DNA of 64,000 nucleotides from Sphyrna mokarran. Taxonomy: Eukaryota. The DNA lies in assembly GCA_024679065.1 (NCBI GenBank), contig JAGIQG010000026.1, positions 21,824,001-21,888,000 of the forward strand, written 5' to 3'. The translations under genes and the position numbers were made by a program. The notes under the pieces are model-generated. The model saw only the letters and a program-made list of their open reading frames with translations, had not been told where the DNA came from and made no database searches. Of this stretch, positions 27,853 to 39,041 are shown piece after piece. Positions within the stretch are counted from its first letter, which is position 1, and the number at the start of each line of letters is the position of its first letter.

Positions 27853-29382
27853 AAAGTGTTGGGGAGAGCTTGAAATACAGGTTGATAATATTGAGGAAAC
27901 TTTCAATGACATAAGTTTAAGAATCACTGTCCTATTTGGTTAAAGGATCTCTTTTCAAATGGATTAGTGATGACAGACAATTTCTCCATGTAAATTATAA
28001 TACTACATAATAAAACATACAAGTGTTGCATGTAAAGAGCATATTGATAAAAATATTAGAAATGACATTTATGACAGATATAAAGATCTTAATGCTGCTC
28101 CTAGGTGAGACATCCAACCCACTTTGCACTGGAAATGTGGAGCCTGCACTCTGCTCCAGCTACTAGCCCATATCAAACCCATCTTCAGCTGCCCACGTTG
28201 ACCGTCCATAAAGCAAGCCCTCCATACTGCTGGACGTGGCAGACACATCCTAGTGTATCTTCCTATCAAATCTCTGGACTATTGAAAGGATCCCCACTGT
28301 CCGGGATCAGGTGAGTGTTCCATTCAGTTAGGACTCTGGAAGAAAAGCAGTAGAAACTACTTCACAATTTGAGGGAGTGGAATTGAAGGCGTAACTTTGT
28401 AGGTTATTCAGTCCTGCTCCCTCTCCCACATTGGTGACTATTTTATCACCAAACCCATAACACAGAAATTAGGTAATGGGAAGAGAAACACCAGATGTAG
28501 AATGCAGTAGTTCATTGGGAGAAGGCAACCCCCTCCACCCCCCAGTTCCACTCCACCACCAGCTCACCTCATCCCACTCTCTTTTCCCTCCTCATGACAT
28601 TAAATAAGTTATTATTAGTACACCACTCTGTAACATTATCTGGTATTGGCTTTGGCTTAATGAGTGCACACTCACTTCTGAATTAGAAGCTTGTGTTTGT
28701 AAGTTTCACTCTAGCAACATGATCTAAAATTCCATTTCGTGAGGTTGTGAAAGGCACTATAAAGTGTGTGTGTGTACATGTGCGTCTGCATCTGTGGGAG
28801 AGTTGGTGCAGACTTGATGTAACAAATGGCTTCTTTCTGCATTATAAGGATTCTGTGATTCAGGGTCTGTCCTCAATTTTAGAACCACTGATCTAGGGAC
28901 GCTATATCCATCCTTTTGGAGAAAGCCTAGATATGTCTATCACAATTAGAATGCAAGATTGAATTACTTTCAAGTCAGGCAGGATAATGATTTAACCATT
29001 CTACTTTGTATTTCTAGAAGCATTTAATAAAAATAGTAGGGATGGCCATAATGACCATAAATCATAGTGATGACCGTAACTCTAGTATAGCTACCGTTGA
29101 TAATTGGGTAAAGATTGAGTTTAATGAGGGGTGACCAGCTCCCAGAGATCAGGTTGAACTGGCTAGAAACTTTCAAAATAAAAGAAGTGGATCTGCATGG
29201 AGTCATCACAAAATACCAGATGTATTCGAGGACGAACTGGGGAAAAATCAAAGGATTGTAAGCAAAAATCCAAGATCCAGAGCCACACCAAAATTCTTAC
29301 AGAACAAGACCTGTGCCCTATACACAGTAAGAATTTAGCAACACCAATTATTAATCCAACCGATTTATTTGATAGTAAAAAA

Positions 29383-29416
29383 GCGAGCTTTCAACACTCC
29401 CGTGTCTTCATCAGGC
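29383..29416 (-). ncRNA. Minimal type I hammerhead-ribozyme-like motif in PLE 3' end
   Basis: Minus strand reads GC-CUGAUGA-A-GACAC-GGGA-GUGUU-GAAA-GCUC-GC: both core boxes, helix II hairpin, palindromic AGCU in place of helix III, only 2-bp helix I. Confidence 0.65.
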
Positions 29417-29631
29417 AAGTGCAGTGTTCTGGTCTGCAATAGCACACATCAGCACAGACAGTCAGAGATTGCTGATTAGAATGCGAATCCTTACATCTAA
29501 CCTGCTATTCAAGTGTTAAAGTGGCTAACAATGTGTGTGAAGGGGATCCTGAGCATTGTTAGAGAATTGTGTATTTTCTCCAGACAGCACAGTAAGTGAG
29601 GTTTTTTGCTAACCCAGGCAAGTTACGGGGG

Positions 29632-30471
29632 TTACAGATAGTGTGTCATGAAGCCAAGATCCCTGTTAAGACCGTCCTCATGTGTGCGGAGCTTGGCTAT
29701 CAGTCTCTGTTCAGCGACTCTGCGCTGTCGTGTATCACGAAAGCCCCCTTGAAGAACATTTACCCGCAGGTCGGAGGCCGAATGCCCATGACTGCTGAAG
29801 TGTTCGCCCACAGGAAGGGAACTGTTTTGCCTGGTGATTGCTGAGCGATGCTCATTCATCCGCTGTCGTAGTGTCTGCATGGTCTCCCCAATATACCATG
29901 CTTCGGGACATCCTTTCTTGCAACGTATTAGGTAGACAACGTTGGCCGAGTTGCAAGAGTATGTACCGTGCACCTGGTGAATGGTATCCTCACGTTCGAT
30001 GATGTCGTCCATGTCTATGATCCGGCATGTCTTGCAGAGGTTGCTGTGGCAGGGTTGTGTGGTATTGTGGTCACTGTTCTCCTGAAGGTTGGGTAGTTTG
30101 CTGCGAACAATGATCTGTTTGAGGTTGTGCGGTTGTCTGAAAGCAAGAAGTGGGGGGGTGGGGATGGCCCTAGCGAGATGTTCATCGTCATCAATGATAT
30201 GTTGAAGACTCCGGAGAAGATGTCGTAGCTTCTCCGCTCCGGGGAAGTACTGGACAACAAAGGGTACTCTGTCCACCGTGTCCCGTGTTCGTCTTCTGAG
30301 GAGATCAGTGCGGTTTATCGTTGTGGCACGTTGGAACTGTCGATCGATGAGTCGAGCGCCATATCCTGTTCTCACGAGTGCATCCTTCAGTGTCTGGAGG
30401 TGTCTGTCACGATCCTCCTCATCTGAGCAAATTCTGTGTATACGGAGGGCTTGTCCATAGGGAATGGCTTC
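29632..30471 (-). CDS. PLE ORF C-terminal fragment: RT thumb, Cys-rich linker, GIY-YIG endonuclease (5'-truncated, no authentic start)
   Basis: ~280 uninterrupted codons; VVYLIRC...WYIGET...LRQRMNEH...PVGEHF...EQRLIAKLRTHEDGLN. The listed ORF start (30507) lies in the mirrored arm. Confidence 0.8.
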   Translation of the reverse strand, partial: EAIPYGQALRIHRICSDEEDRDRHLQTLKDALVRTGYGARLIDRQFQRATTINRTDLLRRRTRDTVDRVPFVVQYFPGAEKLRHLLRSLQHIIDDDEHLARAIPTPPLLAFRQPHNLKQIIVRSKLPNLQENSDHNTTQPCHSNLCKTCRIIDMDDIIEREDTIHQVHGTYSCNSANVVYLIRCKKGCPEAWYIGETMQTLRQRMNEHRSAITRQNSSLPVGEHFSSHGHSASDLRVNVLQGGFRDTRQRRVAEQRLIAKLRTHEDGLNRDLGFMTHYL

Positions 30472-30718
30472 GAAGCCACTCCCTATGGACAAGCCCTCCG
30501 TATACACAGAATTTGCTCAGATGAGGAGGATCGTGACAGACACCTCCAGACACTGAAGGATGCACTCGTGAGAACAGGATATGGTGCTCAACTCATCAAT
30601 CGACAGTTCCAACGTGCCACAACGATAAACCGCACTGATCTCCTCAGAAGACGAACACGGGACACGGTGGACAGAGTACCCTTTGTTGTCCAGTACTTTC
30701 CCGGAGCGGAGAAGCTAC
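30225..30718. repeat. Spacerless palindrome, 2 x 247 bp, centre TTC|GAA at 30471/30472
   Basis: Arm-by-arm comparison gives 5 mismatches, all transitions. Confidence 0.95.
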
Positions 30719-30738
30719 ATCATGACCCCTATACACAG

Positions 30739-31046
30739 GACAGTGATAGCCTTTTTGCTAGGATGGAGAAAGCTAGCACGAGGGGACACAGCTTTAAATT
30801 AAGGGGTGATAGTTATAGGACGGATATCAGAGGTAGGTTCTTTACCCAAAGGGTGGTTCGGGAGTGGAATGCCCTGCCTGCGGCAGTTGTAGATGCGCCA
30901 AATTTGGTGGCGTTTAAGAGGTTAGTTGATAAGTTTATGGAAGAGAAGGGAATGGTTTAGTTTGGAGGGTCATTGCTTTTTATAATGGTCGGCGCAACAT
31001 CGAAGGCCAAAGGGCCTGTTCTGCGCTGTAATGTTCTATGTTCTAT
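30739..31046 (+). mobile_element. Young CR1 LINE 3' fragment
   Basis: Encodes TRGHSFKLRGDSYRTDIRGRFFTQRVVREWNALP; tail aagggcctgttctgcgctgtaatgttctatgttctat. Confidence 0.85.
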
Positions 31047-32421
31047 ACATGAGCAGTGATTGCAGATATAGAGCTAAAATGAAGGAGATTTGGATATTAT
31101 CAGGCTTGTACAGTTTGCTGACTGGATAGCACACATTGTGTCAGTAGTTAAACCAAACAAGACTGTGTTTGAGGTGGACAACAAGTTGAAAGAGAATTAG
31201 GATTAGATGACATATCAAAATATTATGTCACTATAAATACTCTTAAGGGATTATATCAATATACATGACTACTGTTTAGGGTTTTGTTGGCTTATGCCAT
31301 CTTTCAGTGAGCTATGGAGAGTTGTCATTTGCCTGGATGATATTTTAATAGTATAATCCACCAAAGAGGAACTGACCCCTGGAATATCTCAAAACACAGA
31401 TACTTCCTTGGGATGGTCAGCTATTATTGGTTGTTCCTCCCAATATATATCCACACTACTAGAATCATTGCATATAAAGGAGTGCCAGAGATGATATTGG
31501 AAAATACCACAAAATAAAAGGCTTTCAACAAAGTTAAGCAGGCACTTCAGTCAACATGCTTATTAGTCCCTTTCAACCCATCTAAGCAGATAGTACTTAC
31601 TTGCAATGCATAACTGTATGGGCTTGAGCTGTGTTATCCCACATAATGGATAATGGGTCCGAGAGACCCAATTGGTATATTTCAAGAACTGATCAGATAA
31701 GGAAAGTGAATATTCCCAGACACAAAAAGAAAGCCTAGCTATTACCTTCAGCAGTAAGGAATTTCATCAATACATATATGTGAGATATTTTACGATCATC
31801 ACAGACACAAGGCCACTTTAAGATTTTTCAAGGAAGACAAAGCCATTCCACCAATTGCTTCTTCTAGAATACAACAATGGGCACTATTCTTGTTGGTTTA
31901 CGAATATACCATTGAACATTGGCTGAGAGAGTCCCTGGCCAATCAGATGTCTCACATCATCTTCCATTACCAGAAAGCACACTACCCCTTCTAATATTGG
32001 AAGGGATTGTAATGTCTTTCAATTTTCTGGATTCCTTACCTGTAACAACAGGACAGATTAAGTACTGGACTAGTGAAGATTAAACATATGATAATGTATG
32101 GGTGGCGGAATGTGTTTAATAGGGAATTAAGCTTTATTGGTTCAGGAAACACGAGCTTAGTTGTGAGGATGACGTAATCTTTTGGAGAACGATATTGGTC
32201 TTCCTTAGACCTGGAAGAGTTACATAGTACCCATCCAGGCATGTCGAAGATGAAAATGCTAGCAAGAAGCTATGTTCGGTGGCCTGGTATCAATGCTGAT
32301 ATAGAAAGGGTTATGAAACAATGTGACCAGTGCCAATTTCAGCAGAAGTTATCTACTACAGTCCCCTTACACCTTTGGGAATGGCCAGGTCAGAGTTCAT
32401 GTAGGTTATGTCTGCCCATTT

Positions 32422-32698
32422 CATAGAATTCCTACCGTACAGAAGGAGGCCATTTGGCCCATTGAGTCCCTATTCACATAATCCCGCACATTTACCCTGA
32501 CACTAGGATCAATTTAGCATGGCCAATCGACCTAATTCATACATCTTTGGACTTTGGAAGGAAACTAGAGCATCTGGAGGAAAATCACACTGACACGGAG
32601 AATGTGCAAACTCTACACACAGTGATCCGAGGCTGGAATTGAACCCAGATCCCTGGCGCTGAGGCAGCCATGCTAACCAGTGTGCCACATGCTGCCCA
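32422..32698 (-). mobile_element. HE1-like V-SINE inserted in the Gypsy integrase
   Basis: Minus strand gggcagcatgtggcacactggttagc..., gggttcaattcc, CR1-type tail. Confidence 0.75.
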
Positions 32699-33954
32699 TG
32701 TTGTGGCATAATATTCCTTTCACTAGTGGATGTGCATTCGAAATAGACAGAAGTATTTGAAATCCACAATTTCACACAACACAGTTGAGAAAGTGCACCA
32801 ATCCTTTGCCACCCATGACGTACCAGAAGTACTTGTCTCAGATAACGGAATGGCATTCACAAGTGCTGAATTCCAGAGGTTCATGATATTTAATGCAGAA
32901 ATTAACAGTGCCATATCACGCCCTCATCAAATGGATTGGCAAAACCTGCAATTCAGACTTTCGAGGTTGGTATGAGGAAACAATTATTCATGTTGCTAGG
33001 AACCAAAATAGCACAGTTTCTTTTAGTCTATAGAACCACCCAACAGACCACTAGTGGAATAGCTTCAGCTAAGCTGCTGATGGATCAACACTTGAGAAAC
33101 AGTTCCAATTTTGGCAGGGAGGATGGAGACAAGGCAGAATTATCAGAAAAGAGCTGTGACACATTGAAAGTGCAAAGAGCCTTTGTGATACATGATCCAA
33201 CTTCTGTAAAGAATTTTGGAAATGGACCAAGTTGAATCTAATTTTGTGGCCAGCCACTGTCCGATGAAGTAAAATTGCAGGGCAAATTTCTGAAGAAACA
33301 CACATATATCATTTGCAGAGACAGGAACTGACCCAGGAGCCAGTGTTACTGCCTGATACAACTGTGTCACCAAGTAGTGTTGTTTGTCCAAGGAGCGAAG
33401 TGGCTGATCAGCCAGTAGCAGGCCAAAGCACTGCTCCCAATGAAACAGAAAAGTGGAAAGAGATGTGCTGGTACCAGGAAAGAGTTGTAATGAAGTCAGT
33501 CCAATCAAAACAATCCCTATGGTTGAACCCCAACCGGCTGAGCTACGTTGTTCCCAGAGAAGTCCCCGACAGATGATTTTGAGATTAAACTGCATTAAAA
33601 ATGTTTGGAAATGGGCAAAGAGTACAGGAATCTCAGGGCAAAGCATGTGATTTTGCAACTAGATCCTAGGGCTGAAAATGAACACATTGACTTGTAGCAC
33701 CCTGTACATAAATCTAAACAGTATTACACTCATTGCTTTTTAGTTAACTGGTTGTCACTAATTATTGCATTTATTACACATCCATCTTACTTCTGTCTTT
33801 CTCTCTCTGTGCTCCCTTTTTATTTCTGCACATTGCCTCCCCTCTCGTTTTTGTGCCTATGCTCCTTCACTCTTTCACTTCTTTTAATTATCTAATTTTT
33901 TTTGCCTCTGTTAAGATATCCAAAGTTAGATGACAGCAGTGACCTTCAACGATG

Positions 33955-34696
33955 CTACTACTGAGGGGTCACAGGCTTAGGGTGAGGGGGGTAAGGTATA
34001 ATTTGGATGCTAGAGGGGTTTTTTTCCCCACACAGAGGGTGGTGGGGGTATGGAATGCGCTGCCAAGTAAAGTGGTGGAGGCAGGCACTCTGGAGTTCTT
34101 TAAGAAATACTTAGAAGGGCACATGAACAGAATAGGAATAGAGGGGTATAGAAAACTGATTTAAAATAGGGATCATGAGCCTTGGGAGTCCGTGGGAAGT
34201 GAGTAAATAGATGATGATATTGATGTACTTGTTTTTATCCTACAGGTGCTTTGGTCCACCTTGTTGTCTAACGAGGGGCATACGCGCAATGGGTCGTGAG
34301 AGGACTGCTCTTGGATCTTTCGAGAGTATCCTACTGCTTCACGTTGTTAGTGTACGCTTGACCTGGACCATCTGATGGGCAACACGACAGCTCAGTGACT
34401 ATCGCTGTGCTGTGCAGATACATGGATTTGGGCCTGTGTCTGTGGAAGTTTGCGCATTCTCCCCGTGCTTGCGTGGGTTTCCTCTGGGTGCTCCGGTTTC
34501 CTCCCACATCCCAAAGATGTGCTCTTAGGCTAATTGGCAAAACAAATTCTCCCTAAATTGTCTCAAATTTGGTTTTTAAATCCACTGATCTATAAACATG
34601 GACAGGGATCGCGGGTAGAGATGGGAACATCGGGGTGGCGGCGCGGGCTCGTTGGACCGAAGGGCCTGTTTCCCGTGCTGTTTTGTTCTTTGTTCA
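33955..34696 (+). mobile_element. CR1 3' fragment with long 3' region containing a V-SINE-like core (~34430-34540)
   Basis: RGHRLRVRG...FFPTQRVVGVWNALP ORF end; tail ccgaagggcctgtttcccgtgctgttttgttctttgttc. Confidence 0.7.
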
Positions 34697-35573
34697 GAAT
34701 CTACCCCAGAAAACTGTCTGTGCCGTTCAGGCAATGGATGTAACAGACGACCAATATACATCCACCAGTTATTCACTAATGCTCAAAAGGAAAATTACTC
34801 GTTACTTTGTAGTCATAGTAGGCAAGTCGAGATTTAGCTACCCTAGCCAGGCTGTTCTCACTACCCCCAATCCTCCTGCATTAGATATAGCTTGCAGACA
34901 TCAGGCCTGGTTAACTCTTTTCTTTCTCTCTGCTAGATTCCTGCCTTTGTGGTTGGCCTTGAGTTAATTTCTTCCTCTCTGGTGCATTTCTCTTTTTCAC
35001 TGTCAATTGCTCTCAAATACCTCCCTGCTTTATCCAGATTTTATTTGTACCTGGTGATCAGATCTGGCATATCTGACTTGTTAGCAGCATCCCAATTTCT
35101 GCTTCAGTTGCAATCTCCTAGCTTCGTACAGAGTAAGAATAGAACTGGGAGCCGTTAGTGCTTCACTGAATGCTGTGCTGCTAAGCTTTTGAGGAAGCTG
35201 GCAATCATTTAAATAATAGGTTTAAAAAACTAATGTGCTGATCTTTTTGTGACACACAGACAAAAACAAAAGCTTATGTTGACAGCGGATAAGCCTCTTC
35301 CAAGATAACTTTGCTTTCACGCAACAGATAAGCAGAGATGTTGATCTTAGCCAAATTCAAGTCTGCCTTGCTAATGGAGTTGACACATGATTAATACTCT
35401 CAATCCACTTAGTCCTGTTCAAGAGGACAATACTGTAAATTTTAAAGTGGAAAAGGGTTACTTTCTCTTTCTAAAATTAAAACCTTTACTTTCATTCTCA
35501 AATTGTGCTAGGAATTGTATTCAACATTGAATCTTAAACAAAAATAATAAAAATATGTATATTTTCGTTTCAT

Positions 35574-37117
35574 GTAGAACATAGAACATTACAGTGCAGT
35601 ACAGGCCCTTCGGCCCTCGATGTTGCGCCGGCCAGTGGACCCTCTAACCTAAACTATTCCAATATCATCCATATGCCTATCCACCGAACATTTGAATGCC
35701 CCCAAAGTAGGCGAGTCCACAACTGCTGCAGGCAGGGCATTCCACGCCCCCACCACCCTCTGTGTAAAGAACCTGCCTCTGACATCCGTCCTATAACTAC
35801 CACCTCTTAATTTAAAGTTATGTCCCCTCGTGTTGGTCATCACCATCCGAGGAAAAAGGCTCTCACTATCCACCCTATCCAATCCCTTGATCATCTTATA
35901 CGCCTCAATTAGGTCACCGCGTAACCTTCTTCTCTCTAATGAAAATAACCTCAGGTCCCTCAGCCTTTCCTCATAAGGCCTTCCCACCATACCACGCAAC
36001 ATCCTGGTAAACCTCCTCTGCACCCTATCCAATGCTTCCACATCTTTCTTATAATGCGGCGACCAGAACTGTACGCAATAATCCAAGTGCGGCCGCACCA
36101 GAGTTTTGTACAGTTGTAACATAACCTCACGGCTCCTAAATTCAATCCCTCTACCAACAAAAGCTAACACACCGTACGCCTTCTTAACAACTTTATCAAC
36201 CTGGGTGCCAACTTTCAAAGAGCTATGTACTTGTACCCCAAGATCCCTCTGCTCGACAACACTATTAAGGGTCCTTCCATTAGTCCTATATTTCATATGC
36301 CTGTTATTCCTACCAAAGTGAATCACCTCACACTTATCCGTATTGAATTCCATTTGCCACCTCACGGCCCAGCTCTGCAACCTATGTCCCTCTGCAAACT
36401 GTAACATCCATCCTCGCTGTCTACAACTCCCCCCACTTTGATATCGTCAGCAAATTTACTAATCCAACCCTCTACACCCTCATCTAGGTCATTTATAAAA
36501 ATGACAAACAGAAGTGGCCCTAAAACAGATCCTTGAGGTACACCACTTGTAACTGCACTTCAGGTTGAATATTTCCCATCAACCACCACCCTCTGTCTTC
36601 TATCAGCTAGCCAATTCCTAATCCAAACTGCTAAATCACCTTCAATCCCATGCATCTGCACTTTCTGCAGTAGCCTACCATGGGGAACCTTATCAAACGC
36701 TTTGCTAAAATCCATATACACTACATCAACTGCCTTACCCTTATCTACCTCTTTGGTCACCTCCTCAAAAAACTCAATAAGGTTTGTGAGGCACGACCTA
36801 CCCTTCACAAAACCGTGCTGACGATCCCTAATCAATTTATTTCTCTCTAGATGCTTATAAATCCTATCCCTTATAATTCTTTCCAAGACTTTGCCCACAA
36901 CAGAAGTCAGGCTCACCGGTCTATAATTTCCAGGATGGTCCCTACTCCCCTTTTTGAGCAAAGGGACAACATTTGCCATCCTCCAGTCTTCCGGCACTAT
37001 ACCTGTAGCTAACGACTACATGAAGATCAAAGCCAAAGGCTCTGCAATCTCCTCTCTAGCCTCCCAGAGAATCCTGGGGTAAATCCCATCTGGCCCAGGA
37101 GACTTATCAATTTTCAT
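35574..37117 (-). mobile_element. Young 5'-truncated CR1 LINE (RT domain to 3' tail)
   Basis: ORFs 36560..36997 (PGNYRPVSLTS, QHGF, YMDFSKAFDKVPH) and 35649..36407; QGSVLGP/FADD region between them; (ttctatg)n tail. Confidence 0.92.
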
Positions 37118-37849
37118 ATAACGGCATCTGTAACATAATGAAACATGCCAAGCTGCTACACAGAAGCATAATCAAACAAAATTTGATATAGAGCCATACA
37201 AGGTAATATTACAACACATACCAAAAAGGTAGGTTCTAATGAGCATCTTAAAGAAAAAAATAGACTAGTGAAGAGATTTATGAAGGAAATTCCAGAATTT
37301 AGGGCCTTTCAATTGAATGTATGGCTGTGAGTGGTGAAATGACTGAACTAAGGAACGCCTAGAAGGCTAGAATTGTAACAGCACAGGTATCCTGGCTGTT
37401 TGTAGGAGTGGAGGAGATTTGAGAGAAGAGGGGTAAAGGCCTGAAGGTAGTTCAACAAGGCTCAGGCAGTTCTAAATCAGGAGCCAATGTAGAATTGCAA
37501 ACACGGCATGAAGAGTAAATGGAACTAAGGATACAGGCAGCAGAGTTTTGGATGTCTTCAAGTTTGTAAAGAGTAATAAGCTTTGCATTTTAATAATTTA
37601 AAAACTCAAAAAAGACTTGCATTTCTGCTGGAGCTATTTGTTTTGATCAGAGCAATTGATTTTAAAAAACTTACTTACGTAGGCTTTAAAAATGCTGTTT
37701 ACATACACTTGCAAATGAGGTAAAAAGAAATCTAAGTATATCAACGAGAGAAAGTTAAAGGTGGTTGGGAGGCATAGATATAATATTGTAAAGACCGGCA
37801 AAGAGCTGTTGAACTTATTTCTGTGTTGTAAATGTTATATAATATTATA

Positions 37850-38140
37850 CAAGATGATCCTCCTCTGGTGGGAATCCTGGGAAAAGATGGAATAACCTTT
37901 ACATTGGGCTAGGCCATTCAAGAACGTTGGAAAATACTTTTTCACGCTAAGAACAGTGGAAAAGCCCTTGTGGCTAGGTCAATTGAAGATTTAAACTTAA
38001 GTTGAAAGAATTTTGTTAGGCAAAGGTATGAAGGGTAATGCAACAAAGGTTAGAGTCAATGAAGATGAAGTCAAGAGTCAGATCAGCCATGATCTAATGT
38101 AGTGGTGGGACAGACTTGATGAACTGAATGGCTGCATGCA
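37850..38140 (+). mobile_element. Old CR1 3' end
   Basis: gatcagccatgatcta...gaactgaatggc tail. Confidence 0.5.
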
Positions 38141-38810
38141 CTGAAGTATCAGTTGTAAAATCAGTGCTAGATTAAAGAACCTGGCATTGGGAAAATCTGG
38201 CGGAACTGGGAGATGGGACAGGAAGCATTGAGAACCATCCCTTTCCAAATGCCTCTGATACCCTCCTTGCCTTTTACCGCATCCCTCAGCCTGCCCTTTC
38301 TTGCTTGTAGCCTGGGCCCTTATTGATCCTGGGCCTTTGGTGGGTACATCACCTGTACTTTATCCTCTTGCAAATATGTGGGTCCCTGTGCCCTAAAACT
38401 GACCTCTGATTTTCAAAACGTTCCCAACCTAAATAAAACTAGTCCCAAGAAGCTCGACTTCCTGAGCAATTGAAGGCATCATTGCTGCAGTGATGCTGCC
38501 TGTAATGGGCAGCTGATAACAACTGATTGGCAACAGTTATCAAGGCGGGATTCCTATCCCTGGGGGTTCCTGATTCCAGTGAAGGTCCACGGATGGGCAT
38601 TTAAGTGCTGGCTGACAATTCCTCAAAAGAAGTCGAGACAAGGCTCTAGTCGGTTCTTCAGCCAATAATACCCCATCACCTGGATTAAATATCCATCAAG
38701 GTTTTTAATAACACTATAACTCGGATAAACTCAACCATTTTTTTCATAAAATGAAAAAGCAATTGGATCACTGTCCAATCATGTCAAGGAATAAAAAAGA
38801 ATGACTGTTA

Positions 38811-39041
<231 letters not shown>

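Larger units (their letters stand above)
29322..30718 (-). mobile_element. Young 5'-truncated Penelope-like element (PLE, Neptune-like) with fold-back 5' end
   Basis: ORF with RT-thumb AIPYGQALRIHRICS, Cys linker CHSNLCKTC and GIY-YIG motifs; 3' UTR with hammerhead-like motif and AATAAA; CpG-rich. Confidence 0.9.
29040..33580 (+). mobile_element. Decayed Ty3/Gypsy LTR retrotransposon pol (RT-RNase H-integrase), hosting nested Penelope, CR1 and SINE insertions
   Basis: RPVPY at 29308-29322 resumes after 31050 (IIRLVQFADWIAHIVSVVKP); RNase H-like ...EFHQYIYVRYFTIITD; HHCC zinc finger HSTHPGMSKMKMLARSYVRWPGINADIERVMKQCDQCQ; integrase core VPEVLVSDNGMAFTSAEF; LTRs not identified. Confidence 0.85.

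Noticed and set aside
33143-33658. 171-aa minus-strand ORF and overlapping plus-strand ORFs
   Set aside because: Antisense or shifted frames of the Gypsy integrase tail; no independent coding evidence
34199-34245. GTGAGT...cctacAG mini-intron-like signal on the plus strand
   Set aside because: Only 47 nt, below typical vertebrate intron size, and inside a repeat
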